A stretch of DNA of 64,000 nt from Macrostomum hystrix (Eukaryota > Animalia > Platyhelminthes). The DNA lies in contig CATNEN010000030.1 of the NCBI GenBank assembly GCA_950097015.1, forward strand, positions 2,356,001 through 2,420,000. Direction: 5' to 3'. The notes beneath the pieces are model-generated. The model did no database searches, was not told the origin of the DNA, and worked only from the letters and a program-made list of their open reading frames with translations. A program made the position numbers and the translations under genes. Of the stretch, positions 61,801 to 64,000 are shown piece by piece; the stretch's first letter is position 1, and every line of letters starts with the position of its first letter.

Positions 61801-63654
61801 ATCTCATGTATGACAACCAAAACCTCAGGTATGACAGCCTATATCTCAGGTATGACAGCCTATATCTCAGGTATGACAGCCTATATCTCAGGTATGACAA
61901 CCTATATCTCAGGTATGACAGCCTATATCTCAGGTATGACAACCTATATCTCAGGTATGACAGCCTATATCTCAGGTATGACAGCCTATATCTCAGGTAT
62001 GACAGCCTATATCTCAGGTATGACAACCTATATCTCAGGTATGACAACCTATATCTCAGGTATGACAGCCTATATCTCAGGTATGACAACCTATATCTCA
62101 GGTATGTCAGCCTATATCTCAGGCATGACAGCCTATATCTCGGATAAGAGAGTCAAAGCTCACCGGAAGTTCTCGACCCGCACCAGCTGAGAGCCCTGGA
62201 AGGACTTAAAGAGTTTGTTAAGCTCAGTTTCAATACTTTTGGCGCAGTTTTGAAACACTTTGCTTCTCGGATTGTGCAGGTTGTGTTTCCACTTGTAGTG
62301 TAGACCGATCGTGAATCTGAGCTTCAGTTGGCGACAGCTCGATGCCAGCTGTCCTGGCGGGCTGTGGGTGCCCGGAATCGGCCGGCCCGTCAAGGCGTCG
62401 ACGCAGTAGCAGAAGGACCTCGGCGGACTTTCGCACTGCCAACCAGCGTAGAGACTGGAGTTGCTCAAGCTGCAGACTGGCCGGTAGGGCAGGTGGCTCA
62501 GCTGCGTTGCCAGGTAGGCTGAGCACGGGACAGCTGGGGTGCGAAATAGGATCACAAAATGGGGATCTGGGATCATTGTGACGTAATATTGGGATCTGGG
62601 ATCATTGTGACATTACTGAGGGATCTTGGATCATTGTATAAAAATTTAGGGATATGGGATCATTGTAGCATAATATGGGGATCTAGGATCATTGTAGAAA
62701 AAATTAGGGATCGGGATCATTGTAACAGAATATTGGGATCTGGGATCATTGTGACATTCAGTGATCTGGGATCATTGTGACATAATATGGGGATCTGGGA
62801 TTATTGTAGCATAATATTGGGATCTGAGATCATCGTGACATAATTTAGGGATCTGGGATCATTGTGACATAATTTAGGGATCTGATATCATTGTGACATA
62901 ATATGGGGATCTGGGATTATTGTAGCATAATATTGGGATCTGAGATCATCGTGACATAATTTAGGGATCTGGGATCATTGTGACATAATTTAGGGATCTG
63001 ATATCATTGTGACATAATATGGGGATCTGGGATTATTGTAGCATAATATTGGGATTTGGGATCATTGTGACATAATATAGGGATCGGGGATCATTGTGAC
63101 GTCATATGGGGATCTGGGATCTTTGTGACTTAATTTAGGGATCTGGGATCATTGTGACATAATATCGGGATCTGGGATCATTGTGAAATAATTTAGGGAT
63201 CTGGGATCATTGTGACATAATATTGGGATCTGGGATCATTGTGAAATAATTTAGGGATCTGGGATCATTCTAACATAATTTAGGGATCTGGGGTCATTGT
63301 AACAAAACTTATCGATCTGAGATAGTTGTGAAATAACATGGCGATCTGGAGCGGCATATTTGTTTTAGTTATGCATTTGGGAGAATTTGGCGCCATTAGT
63401 TGAGCTTTGATAATTGCGTCTTGATGGAACATGAAAGAAAAAACTTTTTCTTTAAAATCATGGAAATTTAAAGTCTTTAAGATCTCATCTTTAAATATTT
63501 AAACGTTTGCCTCAAACTAAAGCTATATTTATGGCTCGCAGATTTTAGTTAAAAGTACAAAGTGACCTCAATTAGGCCGAAGCCCTTCAGCCGCAGCAGT
63601 ACAAATTGCACTTTAACCGATTACCTCGAGTTAGATTTGCTGCGTTAGATTTTT
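46626..63654 (-). CDS. Hypothetical joined model: thyroglobulin-1, SEA, stalk, syndecan TM/tail; 5' end probably outside the window
   Basis: Phase-compatible GT-AG exons 63654-63625 (1/1), 62533-62164 (1/2), 58369-58182 (2/1), 57454-57396 (1/0), 47755-47731 (0/1), 46873-46626 give one open frame. The small exons and the joins are inferred. Confidence 0.55.
46960..47640. repeat. 15-bp minisatellite (gacatcccatccctt)
   Basis: Tandem units read directly; intronic. Confidence 0.96.
48290..53410. repeat. About 5.1-kb 27-bp purine-rich minisatellite (ggatgggtaagggagagtgtagaagaa) with higher-order variants
   Basis: Tandem units; + strand almost free of C. Source of the 1700-aa artefact ORFs. Confidence 0.97.
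55630..55790. repeat. 24-bp minisatellite (gaagtgaggaatcctctttctcat)
   Basis: About six tandem units. Confidence 0.9.
56200..56970. repeat. 16-bp minisatellite (cccaatccatactcat) with degenerate flanks
   Basis: Tandem units read directly. Confidence 0.9.
57665..58160. repeat. (caat)n-based compound repeat with caggt interruptions
   Basis: Read directly. Confidence 0.9.
58182..62533 (-). CDS. Thyroglobulin type-1 domain plus SEA domain exons
   Basis: Exon 62533-62164: PC...YRPVC...Y...QC...FCYCVD...G.PIPGT...C (six-Cys TY), then LRFTI...W...L.NP.S..F......IE..L..LF (SEA N-half). Exon 58369-58182: KMSVVLVTANI...VAAIRKLLESEFDDGSF...SGSFWF (SEA C-half). The phases (2) match. Confidence 0.85.
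58440..59030. repeat. 21-bp alternating (42-bp dimer) minisatellite (gataagagtaggcagtttatt / ggttagagtgggcagtttatt)
   Basis: Tandem units read directly. Confidence 0.94.
59455..60855. repeat. 20-bp minisatellite (gaggctggaatggaagataa)
   Basis: Tandem units read directly. Confidence 0.96.
61215..62145. repeat. Compound array: 32-bp (gacagcaatgaccccagatgtgacagcaaggt) grading into 21-bp units (atgacagcctatatctcaggt)
   Basis: Tandem units read directly; shared gacagc core. Confidence 0.95.
62560..63335. repeat. 30-bp minisatellite (gggatctgggatcattgtgacataatttag)
   Basis: Tandem units read directly; begins next to the TY exon acceptor. Confidence 0.93.
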
Positions 63655-64000
63655 CTAAAACAGTAGAAAAAAAGTGTGAAATTCGCTCATGAAAGCAAGT
63701 TTAACAAAACCAATATTTGCCAGCAATTTGTTGACTCTTCAGCAAGCAGTCTCCTATTCAAATACTGGCATGCTGGCTAGATGCTAGATAATGATTTTCC
63801 TCCACAATGAGTTTGAGGAACAATGCCCAACTTGAGTGCTATCGCCTCTATTCCTCACACTCGCTATTATCTATATATCGGAAAACCAGGGAGTTTCTTG
63901 GGACATGAGAGCTTTGACAGCTCTGCTTTTTGACAAAGGCAAAAGGAGGAGAGTTTTACAGTATGCTTTCCTTTTGCTGCTAAGTGCCTTCTGCTAATTC

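Overview
Animal genomic DNA with GT-AG introns, GC-rich exons and introns crowded with unrelated minisatellites. A free-living flatworm such as Macrostomum is my inference, not something the sequence proves. Gene models built by hand from splice sites and intron phases: TMEM184 (-, runs off the left edge); a spliced type-I membrane protein with signal peptide, F-type-lectin/discoidin-like domain, Ig domain, TM and Tyr tail (+); a Y-box cold-shock-domain protein with RGG tail (-); XPR1 (SPX-EXS, 9 exons, -); two universal stress proteins (-); an intronless myosin essential light chain (+); a secreted protein with seven 4-Cys modules (+). On the minus strand at the right end, thyroglobulin-1 and SEA domain exons can be spliced in phase to a syndecan-type TM and EFYA tail. 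This EpCAM-like ectodomain on a syndecan tail is the most interesting candidate, but the join is untested. Mobile DNA: CORE-type tRNA SINEs, a Mutator-like MITE with a 9-bp TSD, a defective IS630-Tc1 element with long TIRs, a decayed APE-RT LINE and a Penelope-like fragment. Most long ORFs in the supplied track are tandem-repeat artefacts.
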